From Kiloniellales bacterium (GTDB lineage: Bacteria > Pseudomonadota > Alphaproteobacteria > Kiloniellales > JAKSBE01), in NCBI GenBank assembly GCA_030066685.1, contig JASJBF010000007.1:7061-71060 (forward strand): 64,000 nucleotides of DNA, given 5' to 3'. Positions 26,966-34,746 of the stretch are shown piece after piece (the stretch's first letter is position 1; every line of letters begins with the position of its first letter). The translations under genes and the position numbers were made by a program. The notes beneath the pieces are model-generated. The model was not told the DNA's origin, did not search any database, and saw only the letters and a list, made by a program, of their open reading frames with translations.

Positions 26966-27396
26966 GGGGCCGCTCCTTCGCTGCCTTCGGCCCGCGCCAG
27001 GGCCGCCTGCCAGTCCGCGTCGAGCGTCGAGACCAGGAGGTCTCCGGCCGAGATCCGACTGCGGGCCTCCATCGCCTCGGACACGGGAACGTTCGGCGCA
27101 AAGGCGAGGATCACGCGTTTGCCGCCGTCGATCGACCCGGGGTCGAGCGGCGCAAGGCCGGCATCGAAGAAGCGACCGCGGTGATAGACGACCACGAGGC
27201 TGTCCGGGTCGAGGGCGGTCGCGCCCTGGCCGCTGTCCTGCGAGCTCGAGGGAGCGAGAACGATGGTGAGCTTGGAGTCGCTGGCGAACTCGCCGGCACC
27301 CATGGAGACCATCGCCAGGACCAGTAGACTAAAGAAGCCCATGGCCAGCGCCAGGGCGATCTCGGTCATCGCGTTGCCTTGTGAGCCGTCATCCAT
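26962..27396 (-). CDS. ExbD/TolR/MotB-like single-pass membrane protein (tentative), first gene of the operon
   Basis: 144 aa (or 135 aa from M at 27369). TM preceded by an acidic residue (MTEIALALAMGFFSLLVLAMV, compare MotB ADxMTxxMAFF). Small periplasmic domain with the KRVILAFAPNVP...AGDLLVSTL pattern. ATGA overlap with the next gene. Confidence 0.45.
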   Translation of the reverse strand: MDDGSQGNAMTEIALALAMGFFSLLVLAMVSMGAGEFASDSKLTIVLAPSSSQDSGQGATALDPDSLVVVYHRGRFFDAGLAPLDPGSIDGGKRVILAFAPNVPVSEAMEARSRISAGDLLVSTLDADWQAALARAEGSEGAAP

Positions 27397-27528
27397 GTCG
27401 AGACCGATCCGCCTCCCTACAGCAGTGCCGTTCGTCGCATAGCGGATCTATGGAAGGGCCAAGGCCGGAATCGGCCGCGCCGAGCGGCCGATCCTGGTCC
27501 TGAGGGCTGTCGGGGAGCCGTGCCTGGG

Positions 27529-27629
27529 GCAGCCTGCGTTCATCCGAGCGCAAATGAGCTGCTCTATCTGTATGAATTAGATCGAGTTATCGGCGCTCAA
27601 TCGAGCCATATTGAGCGCAGTTTGATCTA
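27529..27629. repeat. REP/MITE-like dispersed repeat (48-nt hairpin module P inverted, plus 19-nt module Q)
   Basis: The reverse complement of 27529-27576 matches 30882-29 at 43/48. 27611-27629 (TTGAGCGCAGTTTGATCTA) is identical to 30862-30880. An internal 8-bp stem pairs 27593-27600 with 27611-27618. Confidence 0.8.
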
Positions 27630-28652
27630 GTCGACGATCTGCCAGGAGCCGTCCGGCTGGAGGCAGGCCGTGCCGTAGACCTCGGACTTTCTCCCGCCGA
27701 TCCACACCGCCCGCTGATACTCGCGGCAATAGGGCCGGCGGGGGTCGTAGCCCACCACCCTTCGCCCGAGGACCGGCGTCTCGACGGCCGGCGGGGGCGT
27801 CACGACTTTTGCCTCCGCGCTGCGCCGCAGGCCGTCAACCAGGTCCGCAGTGACCCGGCCGTCGACGCCGATCCCGGTCTCGGCCTGATACGCGCGGATC
27901 GCAGCCAGCGTCCGCGGCCCCAAGCGGCCGTCGATCGGGCCCGGGTCGTAACCGAGAGACCGCAGGTCCCGCTGCAGGCCTTCGATCACCCGTGGGTCCG
28001 GCAGGGGTGCCCCTGCCCCCGGCGACGGCCTCGGCTTGGTCGGCCCCGCTTCCGTCGTGGAGGCGAAATGGGAGACCGGCGGCAGGGAGACCCTCCGGGG
28101 CGCGGTCGCGGCGACAATGGTGCCGTCCTCGACCCTGACCGCGCGATAGGAGGCGACCGCCGAAGCGTCGCCCGCGAGGCGCAGCTTTCCGACGATGAGG
28201 ATCTGGGCCTGCGCGGTCCTCAGCAGCGCCGAGAGGGCGGCATCCAATTCGTCCTCGTCGCCGTGGATCTCGCGCACCTCGTCGACCAGGGCGCCGAGCG
28301 TCTCGCGCGCGACGAAGCGATGGCGGTTGCCCGACCGCCGGACCAGAGCGGCGAGAAGCCTGGCGTTGTATTCGTTGGCGACTTCGGCCGGGAGGGGGGC
28401 GGTCTTGTCCGAAAAGGGCCAGATTGCGATCCCCGTCCCCCGTCCTTCCGCAACCACACCGTCGGCCTCGTCGATCTGCTCGAGAAGCTCGGCCGCGAAG
28501 GCCTCGAAGATCTTCCGGTCCCCGCCAGAGGACGGCTCGGCCGCCGCGTCCCGGCTCGGCCAGGGGCCGAGGCCCAGGAGCAATAGCAATCCAAGGCCCA
28601 GCTTGAAGCACCCGCCTAGGCTCTGGAGCCCGACCTTTCTCTCACCAACCAT
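27627..28652 (-). CDS. secreted peptidoglycan-binding-domain protein
   Basis: 341 aa from MVGERKVGLQSLGGCFKLGLGLLLLL. PG_binding_1 signature LQRDLRSLGYDPGPIDGRLGPRTLAAIRAYQAETGIGVDG. C-terminal CREYQ...C...DGSWQIV. Confidence 0.7.
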   Translation of the reverse strand: MVGERKVGLQSLGGCFKLGLGLLLLLGLGPWPSRDAAAEPSSGGDRKIFEAFAAELLEQIDEADGVVAEGRGTGIAIWPFSDKTAPLPAEVANEYNARLLAALVRRSGNRHRFVARETLGALVDEVREIHGDEDELDAALSALLRTAQAQILIVGKLRLAGDASAVASYRAVRVEDGTIVAATAPRRVSLPPVSHFASTTEAGPTKPRPSPGAGAPLPDPRVIEGLQRDLRSLGYDPGPIDGRLGPRTLAAIRAYQAETGIGVDGRVTADLVDGLRRSAEAKVVTPPPAVETPVLGRRVVGYDPRRPYCREYQRAVWIGGRKSEVYGTACLQPDGSWQIVD

Positions 28653-29559
28653 CCCATGAGCCTCCGGCGTTCTCCCGTTTCGACCGCTTTGCGATCGTGA
28701 AGCTGTTGCCTGCGAAGAGGACGTCGCCCTCGATGCCCAGGTGCAGCAGCATCTTGCCAAGGTTCCGGTTCAGGCGGCTCTTCGGGCTCCGGGTCTCGTA
28801 CCAGTAGCTGTGAACCTGGCGGCTGCTCTGGACCGGCCGGAGATGCCGATAGCCCGAGAAGACGACCAGATACTCCTCGATCTCCGAGACCTCCGCCGGC
28901 GAGAATCCGTCGAAGACCAGGCTGTAGGCCGTCGAAAAGCCCTCGGCTCCCCCGCCTCCATTCCCGTCCTCCGCGCTTGCGCGACCGAGGCTCGGGGCCA
29001 GCTGATCCGCGAGCAGAACGCCCAGGTCGCGAGACAGCCGGCGGGCGTCGCGGCCGACGACCTCGAAGACGCAGGCCTCGTCGCAGTCCGCAGGCGCCCG
29101 CAGGGCCTCCGCCGACTTGACCTCGGCGCCGCCGAGGCGGCGTCCGCTGCGGACATCGACCAAGCGTCCGGCGATCCGGGCGGTGATCTTCGTCGTGTAG
29201 GTGAGCCGCTCGGCCCGAGCGTAGACCGTGAAAATCGCCGCCACATCCATGGGCGGCGCCTGCACGGCGCGGGCGATGTCGATGACCTCGGCATCCGTGC
29301 GCCGGCTTCGCCCTTGCGCGAAGTCGCCGAGGGTCACCGCGGTCTCGTCGTAGACCGCGAAGCCGGCGTCGTGGAGTTGCTGCCCGAGTTGCTCCAGGAC
29401 CGCCTTGACGACCCGGCTGTGGCGCGGGAGCGAGTCCTGGTCCGCGTCCTCGCCGACGACGATGAGGTTCGGAGCCTCAACGCCGAAGGACGGAAGGGCC
29501 AGGACCGAGGCGGAAAAGAACGACAGCGCCGCTACCGCCAATCGTGGCGCTCTTCGCAT
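28642..29559 (-). CDS. secreted protein of unknown function
   Basis: 305 aa. Signal peptide MRRAPRLAVAALSFFSASVLALP. The stop overlaps the downstream start by 11 nt. Confidence 0.6.
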   Translation of the reverse strand: MRRAPRLAVAALSFFSASVLALPSFGVEAPNLIVVGEDADQDSLPRHSRVVKAVLEQLGQQLHDAGFAVYDETAVTLGDFAQGRSRRTDAEVIDIARAVQAPPMDVAAIFTVYARAERLTYTTKITARIAGRLVDVRSGRRLGGAEVKSAEALRAPADCDEACVFEVVGRDARRLSRDLGVLLADQLAPSLGRASAEDGNGGGGAEGFSTAYSLVFDGFSPAEVSEIEEYLVVFSGYRHLRPVQSSRQVHSYWYETRSPKSRLNRNLGKMLLHLGIEGDVLFAGNSFTIAKRSKRENAGGSWDGW

Positions 29560-30415
29560 AGCGTGACCTCCCTGATGTCGGGCGCGACGTCACCGTCTTG
29601 GCCTGGTCCTGCGGATCCGCCGGAAACCGACTTTTCGCGCCCCTCTCCTGCTCCGTTGGAAGCCCAGGCCAAGGGGCCCGCCTTCCGGTGGAAAGGCCCC
29701 TCCCAGGCCTTCCGCGTCCTCGGTGATACGCCAGCGGGCCGAGATCCATCCCCGGGCGAACTCGGCTTTTCTGCGCGATCAACCCGGGACGTCGTGGCCG
29801 GCGGTTCCGGGCCCCCTCGCGCGGGGCCTCCCGTCGGCGTGAATCAGATCGGCGATCGGCCTCTCGGTGTCGCAGATCAGGCAGCGGAACCGTCCACGGC
29901 GGGCGACGGCAATGCTCCGAAAGGAAAAGAAGAAGCAGCCGCACCGGCAGGCGATCGTGATGCCGTCGCCCCGCTCCGTCACCCGAAGCGGAGATGTTGG
30001 GGCGGCGGAGCGATTGCGCTCAGACGCCGCGGCTCCTGGACGCCACGAAAGGACCGGCAGCCATTTCCGGAGCTTCGGCTTGCACGCAGCGAGGGGGGAA
30101 GCCAAGCCCGGGTTCCTGCCGGGGGAGATCTTTCTGCTGGCAGGGGAATTGGGCATGGACCTGGCTCCAAGTCGTCGGCGCTTTCGCCCTCGAGGCTATG
30201 AAAGGGCCAGAGACGAGAACGCGTCGTCAAAGCGGATCCGGCGCGCGGGCGAAACGGAGCGCAGGCCCGGGAGCCAGCCGCCGTACCATGGCGCCCGGTC
30301 GCCGACAGCGCCGGCCAGGTTATGTGGGAGGGCCTGCCCGTCCTGCGCAGCATGGCCGGTCAGTTCGGGCTTCTGTAATGGCGTGCAGCGGGACGGCAGC
30401 GGGAGGCCGCAGGGG

Positions 30416-30708
30416 ATGAGCCGGCTCGAGCTGACGCCAGGCGCCTTCATCCGACACTTGCAAGGCCTCCTGGCTAGGCTTCCGGCCGACCTTCGCACAT
30501 CGCCGCCATCGCCGGGCCGTCGGCGTCTGGGAAGTCGAGCCTGGCGGCGAAGGCCGAAGAAGAGCTGAACCGGGAGGCCCCGGGCAGCTGCGCGGTCCTG
30601 CCCATGGACGGCTTCCACTACGACGAAGAGGTTCCGGTCGCGCGCGGGCTGGCGCCTGCCCGGAAGAGGCCGACCTCTGCGCGCCGAGACTCGCCCCGGC
30701 CGATCCAT
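30416..30708 (+). pseudogene. decayed P-loop kinase gene (PRK/uridine-kinase-like), frameshifted and 3'-truncated at a repeat
   Basis: Frame 1 gives MSRLELTPGAFIRHLQGLLARLPAD. After a frame change (TAG upstream in the second frame) it reads HIAAIAGPSASGKSSLAAKAEEELNREAPGSCAVLPMDGFHYDEE. The reading frame then degenerates and abuts the repeat at 30709. Confidence 0.5.
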
Positions 30709-30834
30709 CTAGCGCACTTCCCGATCAGACGCGTTCGCGTCTGGCCGGGAGTAGTGCGCTATCGCTCTGAAGTTAGGGCATTACATCCGGCCAGGTGGAT
30801 CGCGAAGCGATTCCATCTGATCGGATAATCCCCT
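30709..30834 (+). repeat. 126-nt dispersed repeat, copy 1 (contains an imperfect long hairpin GCGCACTTCCCGATCAGACGCG/CGCGTCTGGCCGGGAGTAGTGCGC)
   Basis: Roughly 85-90 percent identical by eye to the reverse complement of 47494-47620. Confidence 0.85.
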
Positions 30835-30840
30835 AATCAA

Positions 30841-30929
30841 ACTGCGCTCAATTGGAATCAATTGAGCGCAGTTTGATCTACTTCATATAGATAGAGCAGC
30901 TCATCTGCGTTCGATTGAACGCAGGCTGC
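30841..30929. repeat. REP/MITE-like repeat: perfect 14-bp stem hairpin plus modules Q and P
   Basis: ACTGCGCTCAATTG-GAAT-CAATTGAGCGCAGT (30841-30872). Q is 30862-30880 and P is 30882-30929; both are shared with 27529-27629. Confidence 0.8.
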
Positions 30930-31031
30930 TCCAGGCGACGCTGAAAGCACCTCCAAGTCCTTCCCCCGAGAAGCTCGGGCTCAAGGCGTGGGACGGCATT
31001 TGAGCTGGGGGCGACCTTCCAGTGCCGGCCA

Positions 31032-32222
31032 TCAAGGCGTGACGAGGCCGCAGAGGTGTGCGAGATCCTTGAAGAAAATACGCACGTGTGCGATCGGCTT
31101 GGCGCGCACCAGCTCCTTGTTCATGTAGGCCTCCCAGGTCAGCCGCTGGACGTCCGGATCGCGGCAGATGCTGACGAAGCGTTCCCGGCGCCGGTCGTTG
31201 GCGTACCAGACCTTCTGCATCATCCCAAGGATCCAGAACACCCGGCCGTGCGATTTCATGAAGCGCTTGCGTGCCTTGGCGAGCGCGCGGACGTCGCCGC
31301 AGGCGAGGAATTCCTCCACTGCCTCGGCGGCGAGGCGCCCGCCGGCCATGGCATAGTAGATGCCCTCGCCCGACGCCGGCGCGACGACCCCGGCGGCGTC
31401 GCCGGCCAGGATCACATCACGGCCGTTGTCCCATCGCTTGAGCGGTCGCAGCGGGATCGGCGCGCCTTCCCGGCGAAGGGTCTCGCTGCCGTCGAGGCCA
31501 GAGGCCGCACGCAGGTCGCCCACGGCGCCGCGGAGCGAGAAGCCTTTGTTGGCCGAGCCGACGCCGACGCTGGTGGTCTCGCCGTGCGGGAACACCCAGG
31601 CATAGAAGTCCGGAGACAATTGGCCCTGGTAGTAGACATCGCAGCGCCGGCCGTCGAAGTCGGCGGTCCCGGCCGAAGGCGAGCGGATGACCTCGTGATA
31701 GGCGAAGACGCAGGGCATCCGCTCGGCGCCCGGCACCGATTGCCGCGCCACCGCCGACCGGGCGCCGTCGGCGCCGATCACGACGCGGGCGCGGACCCGC
31801 ACCAGGTCACCCTTCCCGCGCCCCGGGCCCGGCCGGAAGGCGACGACGGTCCCCAAGGCCTCGTTCCGCTCGATGGTGTCGAAGGTTCCCGCACAGCGCT
31901 CGGCGCCGGCCTTGGCGGCCCGCTCGCGCAGGTACTCGTCGAAGACCTCGCGATCGACCATGCCGACGAAGCCGCCGTCGATCGGCATGTCGACCCGCCG
32001 GTCCCTTGGCGAGATCATCCGGGCCGAGCGCGCCCGGGCGACCAGCAGGGAGTCCGGGATGTCGAAGTCGCGGATCAGGCGCGGCGGTATGGCGCCGCCG
32101 CAGGGCTTGATGCGCCCAGCGCGGTCGAGCAGGAGCACCTCATGGCCGGCCCGCGCGAGATCCGTGGCGGCCGTCGCCCCCGCAGGGCCGCCGCCGACAA
32201 CAACCGCATCGAAGGTCCGCAT
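31032..32222 (-). CDS. bchP: geranylgeranyl diphosphate/bacteriochlorophyll reductase
   Basis: 396 aa. FAD fold MRTFDAVVVGGGPAGATAA, KPCGGAIP. Position next to bchG and the pucC-like gene. Confidence 0.9.
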   Translation of the reverse strand: MRTFDAVVVGGGPAGATAATDLARAGHEVLLLDRAGRIKPCGGAIPPRLIRDFDIPDSLLVARARSARMISPRDRRVDMPIDGGFVGMVDREVFDEYLRERAAKAGAERCAGTFDTIERNEALGTVVAFRPGPGRGKGDLVRVRARVVIGADGARSAVARQSVPGAERMPCVFAYHEVIRSPSAGTADFDGRRCDVYYQGQLSPDFYAWVFPHGETTSVGVGSANKGFSLRGAVGDLRAASGLDGSETLRREGAPIPLRPLKRWDNGRDVILAGDAAGVVAPASGEGIYYAMAGGRLAAEAVEEFLACGDVRALAKARKRFMKSHGRVFWILGMMQKVWYANDRRRERFVSICRDPDVQRLTWEAYMNKELVRAKPIAHVRIFFKDLAHLCGLVTP

Positions 32223-32259
32223 TTTCCAACCGCTCCTTTCTTACGCCGGCCTGCGCGGC

Positions 32260-33594
32260 TCAGCCCTGGGCCAAGAGCGGCGCCGGGGCATCCAGGTTCT
32301 TGGCCTTCGGCAGGCTCACGCCTGCGGCCAGGAAGGCCGCCACGACAAACAGAAGGGCCTCCGCGCCGAACACGACCGCGTAGGCCAGAGGCGGCGACTC
32401 CAAGAGCGCGCGCGTCACATCGATGGCCAGGGTCCCGGCGAAGCCGCCGAGGCCGAAGGCGAGGGCCTGTGCGGCGCCCCAAAGTCCCATGCGGGTCCCC
32501 TCGCGGGATTCCCGGCCGGTGCCGACCAGGCCCATCATCGAGGCGATCGCGGCCACCGCGAAGGCACCGTTGGCGACACCGAGCGCGAAGACGGCCAGGA
32601 CGAGCGGGAAGCCGGGGCCGGCGAAGCCACCCGCCGCGATCACCGTCAGCGCGGCGGCCGAGGCCAGGCAGCCGACGACGGCCCAGATGCGCAGAGACCC
32701 GGGCCGTCGCCGGCCGTAGGTGGTGCCCGCGACCGCGACCAGGATCATGCCGAGCAGCACGCCGCCGTGCTGGACTCCGGCGAGCCGGGTCGATTCGCCC
32801 GGGGTCATGCCGAAGACCGCGCCGGCAAAGGGCTCGAGGATCAGGTCCTGGGCGCTGTAGGCCAGCATCGAGACGAAGATGAAGATCGTGAAGCGCCGCG
32901 CCTGAGGCTCCGACCAGACCTGCGCCAGGGCCTCGCGAAAGCTCGGCTTGGCCGCGAGCCGCGGCGCGGGCGTATGTCGGCTCGATGATGCGGCCGCGCC
33001 TTCGATTCCCCTGACCGAAACCAGGGTCAGGCAAAAGGCCAGACCTGCGACCAGGCCCGTGACCGCGACCAGGCGGCTTAGGGAGAAGGGATCGAGGAGC
33101 ATCCCCGCGGCGGTCGCCGTGACCATCATGCCGGCGATCATCATCAGCCAGACGAGGGTCGCCGCGGCCGCGCGCCGGCCGGGCGCGACCAGCTTGGCCA
33201 GAAGCACCAGCAGGGACGTCCCGGCCGCCCCGACCCCGCCGCCGATCAGGGCAAAGGCGATGACGGCGAGGGCGATGCCCGCCGCCGGCCGCGTGCCCAT
33301 CAAGGCGGTCGCGACCGCCGCCAGGCCGCCGCCCAGCGCCAGGACCGCCATCCCGCCGATGATCCAGGGCGTACGCCGGCCACCGACATCGGAGCCGTAG
33401 CCCCAGCGTGGCCGGAGCACCTGCACGGCGTAGTGGAAGGCGACCAGCGCACCCGGCAGCATGGCCGGCAGTGCGAGCTCCACCACCATGACCCGGTTCA
33501 TGGTCGAGGTGGTCAGAACGACGATCGCGCCGAGGGCGCTCTGCACCAGGCCAAGGCGCAGGATCCCGGCCCAGGAGAGCGCCGCGTGGGTCAT
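32260..33594 (-). CDS. PucC/LhaA-family (BCD MFS) light-harvesting assembly protein
   Basis: 444 aa from MTHAALSWAGILRLGLVQSALGAIVVLTTSTMNRVMVVEL. ATGA overlap with the bchG stop. Canonical position between bchG and bchP. Confidence 0.85.
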   Translation of the reverse strand: MTHAALSWAGILRLGLVQSALGAIVVLTTSTMNRVMVVELALPAMLPGALVAFHYAVQVLRPRWGYGSDVGGRRTPWIIGGMAVLALGGGLAAVATALMGTRPAAGIALAVIAFALIGGGVGAAGTSLLVLLAKLVAPGRRAAAATLVWLMMIAGMMVTATAAGMLLDPFSLSRLVAVTGLVAGLAFCLTLVSVRGIEGAAASSSRHTPAPRLAAKPSFREALAQVWSEPQARRFTIFIFVSMLAYSAQDLILEPFAGAVFGMTPGESTRLAGVQHGGVLLGMILVAVAGTTYGRRRPGSLRIWAVVGCLASAAALTVIAAGGFAGPGFPLVLAVFALGVANGAFAVAAIASMMGLVGTGRESREGTRMGLWGAAQALAFGLGGFAGTLAIDVTRALLESPPLAYAVVFGAEALLFVVAAFLAAGVSLPKAKNLDAPAPLLAQG

Positions 33595-34466
33595 CCCTTC
33601 GCTCCCAGCAGGGCCAGGGCGCTGACCAGCATGCCCAGGACATAGAGGGTGGTGCCGGTGGCGTTGTACCAGGGCGCCCGTTGCTTCGGCGCCTTCAGGA
33701 GCCGTTCCATGAGGAAGATCTGTGCAAGCAGCAGCCCGGCCACGCCGGCGGCATGGAGGGCGTGGCCCCAAGCGAAGAGCAGCAGGACCACCGCGACCTG
33801 CGGCGCGGCCATGAACCAGCAGGCCAGGCGGGCCGCCCTTTCGACCCCGAGCTGGACCGGCAGGGAATGGACCCCGGTGCGCCGGTCGCCGTCGACCGAC
33901 TTGAAGTCGTTCAAGGTCATGATCCCGTGGGCGCCGAAGCTGTAGAGGCCGGCCAGGACCAGGACCCGCCAATCGGGCAGCGCGGCGGCCATGACGGCGG
34001 CCCCGGTGAACCAGGGGAGTCCCTCGTAGCAGACCGCGACCGCCGTGTTGCCGAGCCAGCCGTTCCGCTTGAGCCGAAAGGGCGGCGCGCTGTAGGCCCA
34101 GGCCAGGGCCAGGCCGACCACCGCCGCGGCGAAGCCCCAGGGACCGAGGGCGGTCGCGACAGTCAAAGACAGGAGAGTCCAGCCGATCGCGATAAAGAGG
34201 CCCCAGCGCCCCGGCACCCGCCCCGAGGGGATCGGACGCTCCGGCTCGTTGATCGCGTCGACGTGGCGGTCGAACCAGTCGTTGACGGCCTGGCTGGTGC
34301 CGCAGACCAGGGGCCCGGCAAGCAGGACACCGGCCACCAGCAGGCTCCAGCGGCCCTCCGTTGGCAGGCCGGCCGAGATGACGCCGCAAGCGTAGGCCCA
34401 CATGGGCGCGAACCAAGTGATTGGCTTGAGAAGCTGGACGACGGATGTCAGGGCCGGTCGCGTCAT
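33591..34466 (-). CDS. bchG: bacteriochlorophyll a synthase
   Basis: UbiA-family, LLKPITWFAPMWAYACG. Start is either ATG 34466 (291 aa) or GTG 34487 (298 aa). See the promoter finding. Confidence 0.9.
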   Translation of the reverse strand: MTRPALTSVVQLLKPITWFAPMWAYACGVISAGLPTEGRWSLLVAGVLLAGPLVCGTSQAVNDWFDRHVDAINEPERPIPSGRVPGRWGLFIAIGWTLLSLTVATALGPWGFAAAVVGLALAWAYSAPPFRLKRNGWLGNTAVAVCYEGLPWFTGAAVMAAALPDWRVLVLAGLYSFGAHGIMTLNDFKSVDGDRRTGVHSLPVQLGVERAARLACWFMAAPQVAVVLLLFAWGHALHAAGVAGLLLAQIFLMERLLKAPKQRAPWYNATGTTLYVLGMLVSALALLGAKG

Positions 34467-34468
34467 AC

Positions 34469-34486
34469 TGTATGATAGAATTGACA
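34469..34486. promoter_or_regulatory. PpsR/CrtJ palindrome TGT-N12-ACA (TGTATGATAGAATTGACA) over the putative bchG -10
   Basis: Exact TGT-N12-ACA. Nearly identical to the site at 37476-37493. Confidence 0.75.
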
Positions 34487-34494
34487 CATAATAT

Positions 34495-34512
34495 CGTCAA
34501 TTCTATTTAACA
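34495..34512. promoter_or_regulatory. imperfect PpsR/CrtJ site (minus sense TGT-N12-ACG) over the putative bchG -35
   Basis: CGTCAATTCTATTTAACA, 8 bp from the perfect site. Confidence 0.5.
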
Positions 34513-34746
34513 GTCGGCCGGGCCCGTCGGGGCGGAAACGGCACCACGGCCAAGCGTAGGCTCATACCAAGGAGCGCTGTAGACCAGGAACCTCTGGCCG
34601 CTCACTCCTTTTTGGAGACTGCCGCAGGGCCCGCCGGCCCCGCTCGCAACTCTGGGGTGCAGTCATGCCGCGCCGGTCGCGGCGTGTCGAGCCGCGCGTC
34701 CCGATCAAATGCCGTGGCGTCTGGCTGGAAATGGTAGGCTAACGCG

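Noticed and set aside
19689-27396. Interpreting the MotA-like and MotB-like genes as a flagellar stator or a standard Ton/Tol system.
   Set aside because: No fli, flg or che genes, no TonB-dependent receptor, and no tolB, pal or ybgF genes are nearby. The two genes are 6.7 kb apart within one operon and the MotA-like protein is only 181 aa. The system is therefore kept as unknown.
27400-31030. IS element, integron or prophage boundary explaining the repeats.
   Set aside because: No transposase, integrase or phage-like ORF could be translated in any frame. The repeats are short hairpin modules, so they are treated as REP/MITE-like elements.
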